A stretch of 64,000 nucleotides of DNA from positions 2,048,001 to 2,112,000 of the forward strand of contig OZ243938.1 of NCBI GenBank assembly GCA_965214095.1, given 5' to 3'. Source of the DNA: Candidatus Poribacteria bacterium. GTDB taxonomy: Bacteria > Poribacteria > WGA-4E > WGA-3G. The notes below the pieces were generated by a model, which saw only the letters and a program-made list of their open reading frames with translations, had not been told where the DNA came from and did no database searches. This document shows, piece by piece, positions 1 through 9,548 of the stretch (the stretch's first letter is position 1; each line of letters opens with the position of its first letter). The position numbers and the translations under genes are program-made.

Positions 1-855
1 GATTCCATCGCTGCCTTGTTATTCGCAATTCAGGCAGTGCAGGCGAGTGGAAGTGAACCGAAGTTTAACATAGAATGCTCGTTCACGTGTGATGAAGAAA
101 CTGGGGGACAGTTGGGGGCAGGTTATATCGTTGAGAAGGGATTGGTCAATGCGGATTATGTTGTCAATTGCGAAGGCGGTTCTGAAATGAACATTGGTAA
201 TGGACATAACGGTGTTTTGTGGTGTGAAATTGATGTTCAAGGAAAAGCAGCACACGGATCTCAACCGGACAAAGGGATAAATGCTTTTGAGAAATCTGCG
301 GAACTTGTATCAGCACTGCAACGGGTTAAACGGGATTTGAAGTCTCCTGATCGCGCATTTAAGTTGCCTGATGGTAGTGAACGTTTTCCAACTATGAACA
401 TCGGTGGCACATTTCGCGGCACAGAAGGCGATAAAGTCAACACCGTGCCGGCACATCTCACATTTTCGATAGATAGACGTGTTACCCCGAATGAAAAACT
501 GGAGTTTGCGGAACTTGAACTACGTGAAGCGATTGTAGGCGCGTGTGATTACTATCCTGACTTAAAAGCGGATGTACGTGCTATTTTACGAATTGAACCC
601 TGTCTAACGGATCCCGAATCACCTTTAGCACAAGGTTTTGCTGATGCTGTGCGAACGGTTCGTTTTCATCAACCGCGGTTTAAGAGCACTGCTGGATTTA
701 CAGATTTACACTATTTTGTAAATACAGGTCTACCGGGTATTGGCTATGGACCGAAGGGTGAGGGTGGACATGCAATAAATGAACGGGTCTTTATTCCTGA
801 CTTGGTGCGGACATCTGCTATCTATGCCACCTTTATGACGCGTGCTGAACTATAA
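1..855 (+). CDS. M20 family metallopeptidase/deacylase (ArgE/DapE-like), 5'-truncated by window
   Basis: CDEE, GKAAHGS, KVNTVP, FTD and GHAINE motifs; frame open from base 1. Confidence 0.85.
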   Translation, partial: DSIAALLFAIQAVQASGSEPKFNIECSFTCDEETGGQLGAGYIVEKGLVNADYVVNCEGGSEMNIGNGHNGVLWCEIDVQGKAAHGSQPDKGINAFEKSAELVSALQRVKRDLKSPDRAFKLPDGSERFPTMNIGGTFRGTEGDKVNTVPAHLTFSIDRRVTPNEKLEFAELELREAIVGACDYYPDLKADVRAILRIEPCLTDPESPLAQGFADAVRTVRFHQPRFKSTAGFTDLHYFVNTGLPGIGYGPKGEGGHAINERVFIPDLVRTSAIYATFMTRAEL

Positions 856-1078
856 CCACAAGCAATTGTAGCACAAGATCTCCACTCCTCAACGATCTGT
901 ATTGTAATAGCATATCTAAAAATGACTCAGGATTACCAAAGTATGTGTTCAATGTGAATGTCTTATGTACATTCAGCAAGCGTACTTCATTGCGCCTCGG
1001 ACATTCTTCACCTCAGTGTGAACCTATCATCTCATAATGAAGTCTTATTTTTCAGAAATAGTATAAGGATTGGTATAA

Positions 1079-3127
1079 ATGCCAGACCCAAAACCGGCTC
1101 CATTCAATTTCACCCCAAACGACCCTACAGGAACAACTTGGGCATTACCGGAAGGTGCAATTGTCCGCTTGGGAAAAGGATTCCAAAATCCTACTGACAC
1201 CCGAGAGATGGCACTTTCTCCTGATGAAACATGTTTCGCTGTCGGTACACGTATAGGACTCTGGTGGTATGACGTGGCTTCAATGACACCCATTGCATTG
1301 TGGGAAACAGAACGGGGATTGATCTCCATCGTTGAAATTTCACCTGATGGTAAACTAATTGCGTTAGCCAATTGGGATGCTATCATCAAAGTACGTGACA
1401 TTCAGAACGGTGAATGTGTATCAGAAATAAATCAATCGGAAATTCATCATACTTGTGGACATATCTCATTTTCTCCAGACAGTTGTTGGTTGTTCATCGT
1501 GAGTGCAGATAGTAATGTTAAAGTTCTTGATGTTCAAAGTGGTGAATGCATCGCTCAGATGGAGCAAGAAACAAATGATGTGCACGCAAGTCAAATTTCT
1601 AAACTTCGATTTTCGCCAGATGGACACCACGTCGCATCCACAATAGGTGATCAAACTTACTTGTGGGATCCTAAGACAGGGGTCATAACCGCTAAATTTA
1701 CTGGCAGGAATTTTGCTTTCTCTCCAGACAGTCGCCTGGTGGCGTGTGAGAATCCATATAAAACACCTGATTCTAATCCTGTTCGCTGGGCAAGCGATGT
1801 TTCAGTGTGGGATATAGGAACAGGTGAGCGCATTGCGTACATTAAGGACCACCAACATTTGGTAAACTCTATCAGATTTTCACCGTGTAATGAATATATG
1901 GTAACAAGTGATAGATATGGTTCTCTAAATATATGGAATCTAACGAAGGGTTGTCTGGATAAATCTGTTACTGACTATGAAAAGTCACGTGTAGTTCCTT
2001 ATTATTTACCGGATGGAACACTACTTGCGACCATTTTTAACCGTGAAATAATTGAGGTATGGAACATAGAACAGCATGAAAAAGTCCAATCTTATGAACT
2101 ACCCATTGAAAGTATTGGATATAGATGGTTTTCTAAATGTCCGAAGTTAGCGATAGCCAACTCCTCATCTAATAGACAGACCATATCCAAAAAGACACTT
2201 ACCTTTCCAACACTTACCGAACCAATCTGTTTTCCGCGTCCGGTTAAGTTTACTAACGAAGAAGAACTTGCCATCCGAGGAAATATACGAGATATTATAT
2301 TATGGGATATTAAAAGCGACCAGACACAGACAATATCTTACCCGACAGAATATAATGAAGGTATTAAGTCTTTTACTTTTCTACCGGCAGGGGATATACT
2401 CGTTGTTGACTGGAATCATAACCACAACGTCTACAGGGTGATTAAGATTAGTGAATCAGACGCTATTCCGATCACTGAGTTTACACCTCCTATTCAGTTA
2501 GGAAATGATACTTTTACACTTTTAAATGAACGTATAGCTTTTTCAGGTAAAGGCGGTGTAATCTATTTCTGGAATCTTAAGCACAGTGAAATACCAAGAC
2601 AATTTATAGGACATACCGATCATATTTGGTCGTTAGCCTTTTCTCCAGATGGAAAAAGACTCGTGAGCGGAGCAGGTGATAAAACCGCGCGGATATGGAA
2701 CTGCGAGACAGGCGAAGAAGTAGCTAGGTTACCTTTAGAAACACCTATAACAACAAGAGCATTAGCTTATTCACCGTGCGGCAGTATGATAGCTGGGGGA
2801 ATGTTTGGTAAAATCTACCTATGGTGTGGTGAAAAAATGACAATAACACGTGTAATACCCCAACCGGAAGACAGTCATAAACTTTATACTCTCGGTTTTT
2901 CTCCATGTGGACGATATCTTGTATCTGGCACTTGGTGGCAGGAAGGAATGAAGAAAATGGCAATACGATTATGGGAAGTTTCTACTGGTGCAAATATCCA
3001 TACATTCTGGGGACATACAACTGATAATGAATTTCTGGAGTTTTCACCAGATGGCACGATCCTTGTGAGTGGTAGTTTTGATGGTACCGTCCTATTGTGG
3101 GATGTGAAGCCGTTTATAGACACGTGA
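1079..3127 (+). CDS. WD40 repeat (multi beta-propeller) protein
   Basis: Many FSPDG...W(D/N) and GH...WD repeats. Confidence 0.9.
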   Translation: MPDPKPAPFNFTPNDPTGTTWALPEGAIVRLGKGFQNPTDTREMALSPDETCFAVGTRIGLWWYDVASMTPIALWETERGLISIVEISPDGKLIALANWDAIIKVRDIQNGECVSEINQSEIHHTCGHISFSPDSCWLFIVSADSNVKVLDVQSGECIAQMEQETNDVHASQISKLRFSPDGHHVASTIGDQTYLWDPKTGVITAKFTGRNFAFSPDSRLVACENPYKTPDSNPVRWASDVSVWDIGTGERIAYIKDHQHLVNSIRFSPCNEYMVTSDRYGSLNIWNLTKGCLDKSVTDYEKSRVVPYYLPDGTLLATIFNREIIEVWNIEQHEKVQSYELPIESIGYRWFSKCPKLAIANSSSNRQTISKKTLTFPTLTEPICFPRPVKFTNEEELAIRGNIRDIILWDIKSDQTQTISYPTEYNEGIKSFTFLPAGDILVVDWNHNHNVYRVIKISESDAIPITEFTPPIQLGNDTFTLLNERIAFSGKGGVIYFWNLKHSEIPRQFIGHTDHIWSLAFSPDGKRLVSGAGDKTARIWNCETGEEVARLPLETPITTRALAYSPCGSMIAGGMFGKIYLWCGEKMTITRVIPQPEDSHKLYTLGFSPCGRYLVSGTWWQEGMKKMAIRLWEVSTGANIHTFWGHTTDNEFLEFSPDGTILVSGSFDGTVLLWDVKPFIDT

Positions 3128-3193
3128 AGATTTAGAGACAAAATCATATCATAGCATTTCTGATAGACAATATCCAATTGAGAAATAAACCGT

Positions 3194-3549
3194 CAGGGTT
3201 ATTTAGATTTATAAATTGCTAGTTGATGAGTTTTACTAAGAGCTAGTGTTCTGTCTACACTAAAATTGTAGGTCGGGTAGAGGCACGAAACCCGACATGC
3301 AGCCATTTATCATCAATAAAGTCGGGTGTCGTGCCTCTACCCGACCTACAATATAAGAATGGACACTCCACTAGGTTTGAATTATAGCAATGCATAGTAG
3401 TAGGCACACTCCGTGTGCCGTAATCTTCTCTCAGGTGGACGACACGCGGAGCGTGCCTACTACCATGATGAATTCGCAACTAACATGATTTACAATACAT
3501 TAACGGCTGTGATAAAATGCATCAAAAATATGGAAAACTAAATAACCTG
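3194..3549. mobile_element. MITE with CAGGGTTATTTAG ends and 9-bp TSD, carrying two REP-like doublets
   Basis: Ends CAGGGTTATTTAG / CTAAATAACCTG; ATAAACCGT at 3185-3193 and 3550-3558; inverted GTAG hairpin pairs at 3268-3349 and ~3396-3462. Confidence 0.85.
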
Positions 3550-3560
3550 ATAAACCGTTC

Positions 3561-3586
3561 GTAGTCGCGCAATTCATTGCGCCTCG
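3561..3586 (+). repeat. GTAG-type REP-like hairpin GTAGTCGCGCAATTCATTGCGC
   Basis: Related copies at ~14554, ~53987-54010 (reverse) and a partial copy at ~986. Confidence 0.7.
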
Positions 3587-3728
3587 GACATTTCTGGTAT
3601 TTGAAGACAGCAGCACCAGCGGTGCGAAAGGTGTTTAGAAAACATATCGGACCAAAAGCGTGCATATATTTTGGATTTCACTCTAAAACGCACTTTGGAC
3701 CGACTCAGAACTCTTAAGAGAATAACCA

Positions 3729-4025
3729 ATGAACAAGAAATTCCAACGACACATTGAAGATTTTACCTGCGGTAATTGTGAAGTGTTTGTAAAGGGGAAT
3801 GGATACACCAATCACTGTCCAGAATGTCTATGGAGTCAACATGTAGATATTAATCCGGGGGATCGCGCTGAAAGTTGTAAAGGACTGATGGAACCGGTAG
3901 GATTTACTATGAAAAAAGGTGAATACATCCTGATCCATCGCTGTACCGTGTGCGGAACATCAAAGAACAATAAGACATCAAGAAATGATAGTTTTGAGGT
4001 AATACTCAGTTTACAAGGAGGATAA
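3729..4025 (+). CDS. RNHCP domain zinc-binding protein
   Basis: FTCGNC...TNHCPECLWSQHVD..PGDR...C.GLMEP...HRCTVCG. Confidence 0.9.
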   Translation: MNKKFQRHIEDFTCGNCEVFVKGNGYTNHCPECLWSQHVDINPGDRAESCKGLMEPVGFTMKKGEYILIHRCTVCGTSKNNKTSRNDSFEVILSLQGG

Positions 4026-4027
4026 CA

Positions 4028-4942
4028 ATGGACAAAAAAGGTATTGCAGCAGTTATTGCTATAGTGGTTTCTGTCATTGCAGCCATCGTTCTTGCGGTGC
4101 TGCTATATACAACATCTGACAAACTCAAGCAGACAGAATCAGACCTGTCTACTACTAAAACTAACTTAGAGACGACTCAAGCAACGCTACAAAAAACCGA
4201 GACTGCAAAAACAGGATTGGAAAAGAAGTTAGCTGAAACTGGGAAAACACTGACAGATACACAATCTGAATTAACCCAAACAAAAGAGATACTGGAGAAT
4301 GCAAGTGAAGCGGCGCGAAAAATCGCTGCTGATCGGAACAAACTCCAACAGGACAAGAGTAAGCTTGAAAGCGAAAAAGAAGGTCTCAGAGCACAACTTA
4401 ACAAAATTGAGTCTGAACTACAACGGATACGCGAGCAATCACAACGTTCAATTGCCGCAATCCAAGATAGATTCAAAGACTCAGTCGGTGCAGTATTAGA
4501 TGAAGCAGGACGATTGACCCTTGATGTAAAGGGAAAAATCCTGTTTGAAACAGGAAGTGCAATTCTTAGTAAAGAGGGAAAAGAACTACTTGATGCAATT
4601 GCGGAAGAGGTGTTGTTGAACAAAGACTATGCGGATTATGCGATTCGTGTTGAGGGACATACTGACAACAATCCTATTGCAGGCGATGAATTGCGAAACT
4701 GGGACTTATCAACGCAACGTTCAATCTCTGCGGTGAAATATTTGCAGGAAAATGCTAAAATTGATCCGAAACGTTTGTCTGGAACAGGGTATGCGTTCTA
4801 TCAACCGATAGATACCGCTGAAACTACGGAGGCAAAAGCAAAAAATAGACGGATTGAGATTATACTTGTGCCACCTCAAGATTTCTCTACAGAATTGCTC
4901 AAGTCATTACAAAAAGTAATGGAATCTATTGAGGCAAAGTAG
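4028..4942 (+). CDS. OmpA/MotB-family peptidoglycan-binding protein with coiled-coil stalk
   Basis: N-terminal TM helix, coiled coil, VEGHTD, NWDLS..R, NRRIEI. Confidence 0.85.
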   Translation: MDKKGIAAVIAIVVSVIAAIVLAVLLYTTSDKLKQTESDLSTTKTNLETTQATLQKTETAKTGLEKKLAETGKTLTDTQSELTQTKEILENASEAARKIAADRNKLQQDKSKLESEKEGLRAQLNKIESELQRIREQSQRSIAAIQDRFKDSVGAVLDEAGRLTLDVKGKILFETGSAILSKEGKELLDAIAEEVLLNKDYADYAIRVEGHTDNNPIAGDELRNWDLSTQRSISAVKYLQENAKIDPKRLSGTGYAFYQPIDTAETTEAKAKNRRIEIILVPPQDFSTELLKSLQKVMESIEAK

Positions 4943-4947
4943 CAAAC

Positions 4948-5057
4948 TATAGTGGAATTTACAATTAATAGGACACGCCTCAGAGGGCGAGGGAACCTCG
5001 CCCCTACGGCACTTGAAAGCGCATTGAAATGTCTTCTTAATTCTAAACTATACTATA
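4948..5057. mobile_element. TATAG-ended (Correia-like) MITE with one REP-like hairpin
   Basis: Imperfect TIR TATAGTGGAATTTACAATTAATAGGAC / GTCTTCTTAATTCTAAACTATACTATA; central GGGCGAGGGAACCTCGCCCCTAC. Confidence 0.7.
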
Positions 5058-5100
5058 AAATAGTTAAATGTTGCTGAACTATGTTATCCATAGTTGCTTT

Positions 5101-5910
5101 CTACTCTGTCGTTTTCTCTGAACTTTTTGCTTGGCTTGCGAGTTTTGCTGCTTGCCTTGCCAACCTTTTTGCACCGTCAATCTGTTCCAGCATTTTTGCA
5201 TTTGACCACGAGATTGACAGGAGATAACGAATTTCATCGGGTTTGTTCAAGGTCTCAACACCCACAGCAATCTGAAGTCCACTATTGGCAGTATGTCGAA
5301 CACCAGCGTTAACACCGGTCCCATCATATTCCAGATTGAACCCTATATCGCCTCTGGCAAAAGCAGGAGATATTTCTGTGCTTACACCTGCAAAGAATCC
5401 AATAGGTTGTTCATCATCTGCAAATCGGTTATTGCCAATACCGATATGTCCCGATATCAGATGGATACGTGGCAGGTTGAACGTTTTACTGATGACAAGA
5501 TATGATGATTGGGATTGGTAGGTGTTCCACTTATAACTAACTTTATCACCGAGATTCTCTATACCTAACGCAACATTTGGAATTAATCCAGATTCAGTTA
5601 CAATGTGTGCTTTTACATGGGCTAAAAACGAACGAGAAGCGTCATTACTATGAGGTAATATATGTGTCGCTCCAAATTCTAATCTATCAAACATACCGAA
5701 GCTGACACGAAAAATGACAGTATTACGTTGAAATTGTGATACATCCTGGAAGGGAGCGTATACTCCTACCCCAAATATACCGTGTTTTAGGACTTTACCT
5801 GTCGGAATATCTACCAATCCGCTATCACTAAAGATTTCACTTCTAACGTTAGTTGAAAACATGCAGAAAATAGTAAACAGTAAAATTAACAACATCAGAT
5901 GTTTGGACAT
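5101..5910 (-). CDS. YjbH-like outer-membrane beta-barrel protein
   Basis: Signal peptide, SGLVDIPT start, alternating beta strands, LEYDG motif. Confidence 0.6.
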   Translation of the reverse strand: MSKHLMLLILLFTIFCMFSTNVRSEIFSDSGLVDIPTGKVLKHGIFGVGVYAPFQDVSQFQRNTVIFRVSFGMFDRLEFGATHILPHSNDASRSFLAHVKAHIVTESGLIPNVALGIENLGDKVSYKWNTYQSQSSYLVISKTFNLPRIHLISGHIGIGNNRFADDEQPIGFFAGVSTEISPAFARGDIGFNLEYDGTGVNAGVRHTANSGLQIAVGVETLNKPDEIRYLLSISWSNAKMLEQIDGAKRLARQAAKLASQAKSSEKTTE

Positions 5911-5915
5911 AGATG

Positions 5916-6590
5916 TTACTCCATATAGCGGATACCATCGGGAGTACCGATGATAACCTTATCCGCACGATCTACAAAAATGCCGTTTTCTACGACACCA
6001 GGGATATTGTTCAATTGTAATTCAACCTTCTCTGGTTCTGTGATACCATCAAAATGACAGTCCAAGATATAGTTTCCGTTGTCTGTGATTAACGGATTCT
6101 GAATTCCGCCGCGCAATTCCGATTGTCCGCATATTTGGTCAACGACTCTCTTGGTTGCCTCCCACCCGAACTGCACGATTTCTACAGGTAAAGCGAACGA
6201 AGTGCCGAGTACCTGTGACACTTTGCTTTCATCAACGACAATCAAAATTCGTTGTGAAGCATTAGCGATAATCTTTTCTCTGACGAGTGCTGCACCACCC
6301 CCCTTAATTAAGTTTAGGTGTGCATCTACTTCGTCAGCACCGTCAATAGTTAACTCTATAATAGGATGTGCTGCAAGTGTGGAAAGTGGAATACCTTGTT
6401 CAGCGGCGATTTGCTCAGTGCCTGAAGATGTCGGAATCCCGATGATATTGAGTCCATCTCGAACCATCGTTCCAATCTTCAACAGTGCGTAATATACAGT
6501 TGAACCCGTACCTAATCCGACAACCATACCCTCTCGGATTTCTTCGGTGGCTTTTTCAGCTGCAATTTTTTTTAGTTGTTCAACGTTCAT
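5916..6590 (-). CDS. rpiA: Ribose-5-phosphate isomerase A
   Basis: GLGTGST, DGADE, KGGG.AL.REK, TDNGNYILD, IPGVVENG. Confidence 0.97.
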   Translation of the reverse strand: MNVEQLKKIAAEKATEEIREGMVVGLGTGSTVYYALLKIGTMVRDGLNIIGIPTSSGTEQIAAEQGIPLSTLAAHPIIELTIDGADEVDAHLNLIKGGGAALVREKIIANASQRILIVVDESKVSQVLGTSFALPVEIVQFGWEATKRVVDQICGQSELRGGIQNPLITDNGNYILDCHFDGITEPEKVELQLNNIPGVVENGIFVDRADKVIIGTPDGIRYME

Positions 6591-7561
6591 AATTCTATCC
6601 GTCTATTTTCTTGTATTGATTGTGCTGTGGCAAGACTTATTCGGATTGCAGAGAGTGCAACCTCTGCATCTACTAAACAAGGTTCGTGCTGTTCTGAGTT
6701 TTGAATTTCGGATATCCAAAGTTCCTGAATTGTGGGTTGACGGGTATTTGGAATTGTCAAGTCCATAACATTTGTCTGTGTTGAACATCTCCACCCGTTT
6801 CCATCATCGGATAATGTGCCTTCGGTGAGAACATATCGCTCATGCTGCTCTGCGGTGTTTATGGCAATGCCTCCTGTCCAACTCCACTGACCGATGCCAC
6901 CCTATTTGAATTCAACGGTGACGGTATTCACAAAGCGTTCATATTGTCCAGCATCGGTTAGTCCTTCATATTTTGCACCACCTTGCACCCATTTCGCACC
7001 ACCGAACAGATCAACGATAGGATATATATGGTAGACAAAGAAGTGTGCAGGTATTCCTGAGACAGGCAGGTTGAAGAGAATTTCAGGACGCGCACCACGA
7101 CCTGGTGTTAACCGGATAAATGATGTGAGAAGTAAATCACCCAATTCAGAAGCCTTTTGCTTGAGTGCAACGTGGGTGTTTGATACAACTTCAGGATGGG
7201 AAACTCGTAGGACTCGAGCGCGCGCTTTGGCAAGATGCAAAACCATCTCACCTTCATCAACACTGTTCGCAAGTGGATATTCCACAAAAACATGCTTGTC
7301 TGCTTGCAAAGCAGCGATTGCAATTTCACCGTGGCTGTTATTGTGTGTGCAGATTAGAACAGCATCAATATCGTCTTGTTCAACCAGTTGATTCCAATCA
7401 GAGATAAACGTAGCAGCCGATTCAGTCGCGAGTTGTTTTCCTGTTTGTGCGTTTCTGGAGGAAATAGCAACTACTTCTGCTGTTTCTAAAGATGATAATC
7501 GTGAAAAATGGTTCCGTGCCATACCTCCTGAGCCAACGATACCTATTTTTATATTCCTCAT
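6587..7561 (-). pseudogene. Gfo/Idh/MocA oxidoreductase interrupted by an in-frame TAG at 6902-6904
   Basis: GxGxxA Rossmann fold and KHVFVEYP; frame continues 104 codons past the TAG to a TGA overlapping the rpiA ATG. Confidence 0.75.
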
Positions 7562-8775
7562 GCCCAACCTTGGCTCTCACCACCGACTCGTGCTTTGCTT
7601 ATCTTTTCATAGTAACCACTCTTCCGATATGCTGTGAGTGGATGTGGGTCTCGGTCCATCTCCAACCGCACCTGTTCAAGTAATGGATTCACATCTGTTT
7701 CATACGCACGTTGAAGGATACTCTCTGCTTCAACGAGGTCAGCAACACCTTGTGCTTCAGCCAATGCTTCTCGGTCAACTAATAATGCTTTTGCATACGC
7801 TTTCTGTAAGTTACACACGGATTGGATACTCGCTTCTACCTTTGGCTTCAAGTTGTGACTCTGGTCAATCATATAGGCGATATCAGTTTCAGTGTCAGGA
7901 TCAAGTTCTGCGGCGACAAGTTCAGTGTATATGAGGAAGAGTTCTTGTGGGTTGATAGACCCTACCGTAAGATCATCGTCTGCATATTTTCTACAGTTGA
8001 AGTGAAATCCACCAAGTTTACCTTCGTCAATTAAGTATGCAACAATGAATTCAATATTAGTACCTTGGGGATGGTGTCCAAGATCGACGAGGACTTGCGC
8101 TTTCGGACCGAGTTTGTTTGCCATCAGGTAAGCAGTACCCCAATCCGCTAAATCGGTGTGATAGAATGCTGGTTCAAAGAACTTATATTCAATCAACATA
8201 CGTGTAGCATCGGGCAATGCATCGTAGACCTCACTCAACGCTTCTGTCATCCACTGTTTACGTCTTCTGAAGTTGGCTTGCCCAGGAAAGTTAGTGCCAT
8301 CAGCAAACCACAAACTCAACAAGTCAGATCCCGTTCTTTTCATGATGTCCACACACTCTAACATGTGATCAATAGCAAGGCGACGTATTTCTACCTCCGG
8401 ATTGCAGACACTACCGAGTTTATATACTTGGTCTTGAAAAACGTTGGGATTGATTGCTCCGATTCCGATTCCAAGATCTGCAGCATATTGTTTCAATGCC
8501 CCCCAATCATCAGTTTTATCCCAAGGGATATGTAGTGCGACAGTAGGAGCAACACCGGTAAACCTATGAACGGTCGCTGCATCTTCTAAACGTTCCGCAG
8601 CATTCCTCGCAGCACCGGGTTGCTCAAAAACACCGAAGCGGGTGCCAGAATTTCCGTACCCCCACGAAGGAGTTTCAATATGTTGGCGTTTGAGGAGTGA
8701 CTTTACTGTCTCTATTTGGATGCCTTGTTTTTCTAATGTTTCGGCTAACAGATTATATGCTGGACTGTTGCTCAT
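7558..8775 (-). CDS. rhaI: L-rhamnose isomerase (xylose-isomerase-like RhaI type)
   Basis: [46 protein letters not shown]; AGGAG RBS before ATG at 8775. Confidence 0.9.
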   Translation of the reverse strand: MSNSPAYNLLAETLEKQGIQIETVKSLLKRQHIETPSWGYGNSGTRFGVFEQPGAARNAAERLEDAATVHRFTGVAPTVALHIPWDKTDDWGALKQYAADLGIGIGAINPNVFQDQVYKLGSVCNPEVEIRRLAIDHMLECVDIMKRTGSDLLSLWFADGTNFPGQANFRRRKQWMTEALSEVYDALPDATRMLIEYKFFEPAFYHTDLADWGTAYLMANKLGPKAQVLVDLGHHPQGTNIEFIVAYLIDEGKLGGFHFNCRKYADDDLTVGSINPQELFLIYTELVAAELDPDTETDIAYMIDQSHNLKPKVEASIQSVCNLQKAYAKALLVDREALAEAQGVADLVEAESILQRAYETDVNPLLEQVRLEMDRDPHPLTAYRKSGYYEKISKARVGGESQGWA

Positions 8776-8968
8776 ATATGTTTCTCCTGATTGCACTGCA
8801 TATTTCAAGTCCGTTATAATCCAACTCAGACTTGCAAAATGAAGAAAAATCATGCATGATTTATGAGATATTCTAACTAAAGACCCACAATCGTTTTCAT
8901 TAACATTGCTTGATATAGTTTTCAATTATATCATATATCATGCCATTTAACAAACACAATTTGCACAT

Positions 8969-9471
8969 TATAGTGGAATGTAAAAATACGTGTACATTCC
9001 TCGGTAGATGTGGTTTCCTAACCGCATCTATAACACTGAACAAACACCGGTTCGGTTAGGAAACCGAACCATAGGCGTCAATTTAGTGTAAATTAGGCGT
9101 TTTCCCCAGGCCGGTAGGTGCGGTTTCCTAACCGCACGGAACCTGTGCGAGAACCTCTATAAAGGTATTTGGCACAAAGCCGGTTCGGTTAGGAAACCGA
9201 ACCTACCAGTACTTGGAAGGATGCTAAATTGACGCTTATGGTTCGGTTAGGAAACCGAACCTACCGGTACTTGGAAGGACGCTAAATTGACGCATAAGGT
9301 TCGGTTAGGAAACCGAACCTACCGGTACTTGGAAGGACGCTAAATTGACGCATAAGGTTCGGTTAGGAAACCGAACCTACCGGTACTTGGAAGGACGCTA
9401 AATTGACGCATAAGGTTCGGTTAGGAAACCGAACCTACCGTAGTGTGTAAATAATTATGATTTTTGCTATA
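8969..9471. mobile_element. Composite TATAG-ended MITE with eight REP-like hairpins and a nested element
   Basis: TATAGTGG... / ...GCTATA ends; hairpins with TTTCCTAA loop at 9003, 9049, 9113, 9182, 9240, 9298, 9356, 9414. Confidence 0.7.
9182..9439. repeat. 58-bp tandem repeat (4 full units plus a fifth hairpin)
   Basis: GGTTCGGTTAGGAAACCGAACCTACC plus a near-identical 32-bp linker, period 58. Confidence 0.95.
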
Positions 9472-9477
9472 AAACAG

Positions 9478-9518
9478 GCAGGATAAATGGCAAATATTCA
9501 CAATAGCCATTTATCCTG
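9478..9518. terminator. Stem-loop downstream of the DUF1549 gene
   Basis: GCAGGATAAATGGC ... GCCATTTATCCTGC, perfect 14-bp stem. Confidence 0.55.
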
Positions 9519-9548
9519 CTCAATGTAGTATAATACTATACTCGAAAA

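Noticed and set aside
3255-3479. Small ORFs ending VGFRASTRPT (also 60152-60388)
   Set aside because: The shared peptide is only the translation of the REP hairpin
4028-4942. Flagellar motB
   Set aside because: No motA nearby and no conserved Asp in the TM helix
6902-6904. Pyrrolysine or genome-wide TAG recoding
   Set aside because: Many full-length genes here end normally at TAG and no pyl genes are seen
8776-8925. N-terminal extension of rhaI in the ORF track
   Set aside because: The RBS and recognisable sequence support a start at 8775
9182-9439. CRISPR array (26-bp palindromic repeat plus 32-bp spacer)
   Set aside because: Spacers are near-identical, the repeat is dispersed elsewhere as a REP, and no cas genes are in the window
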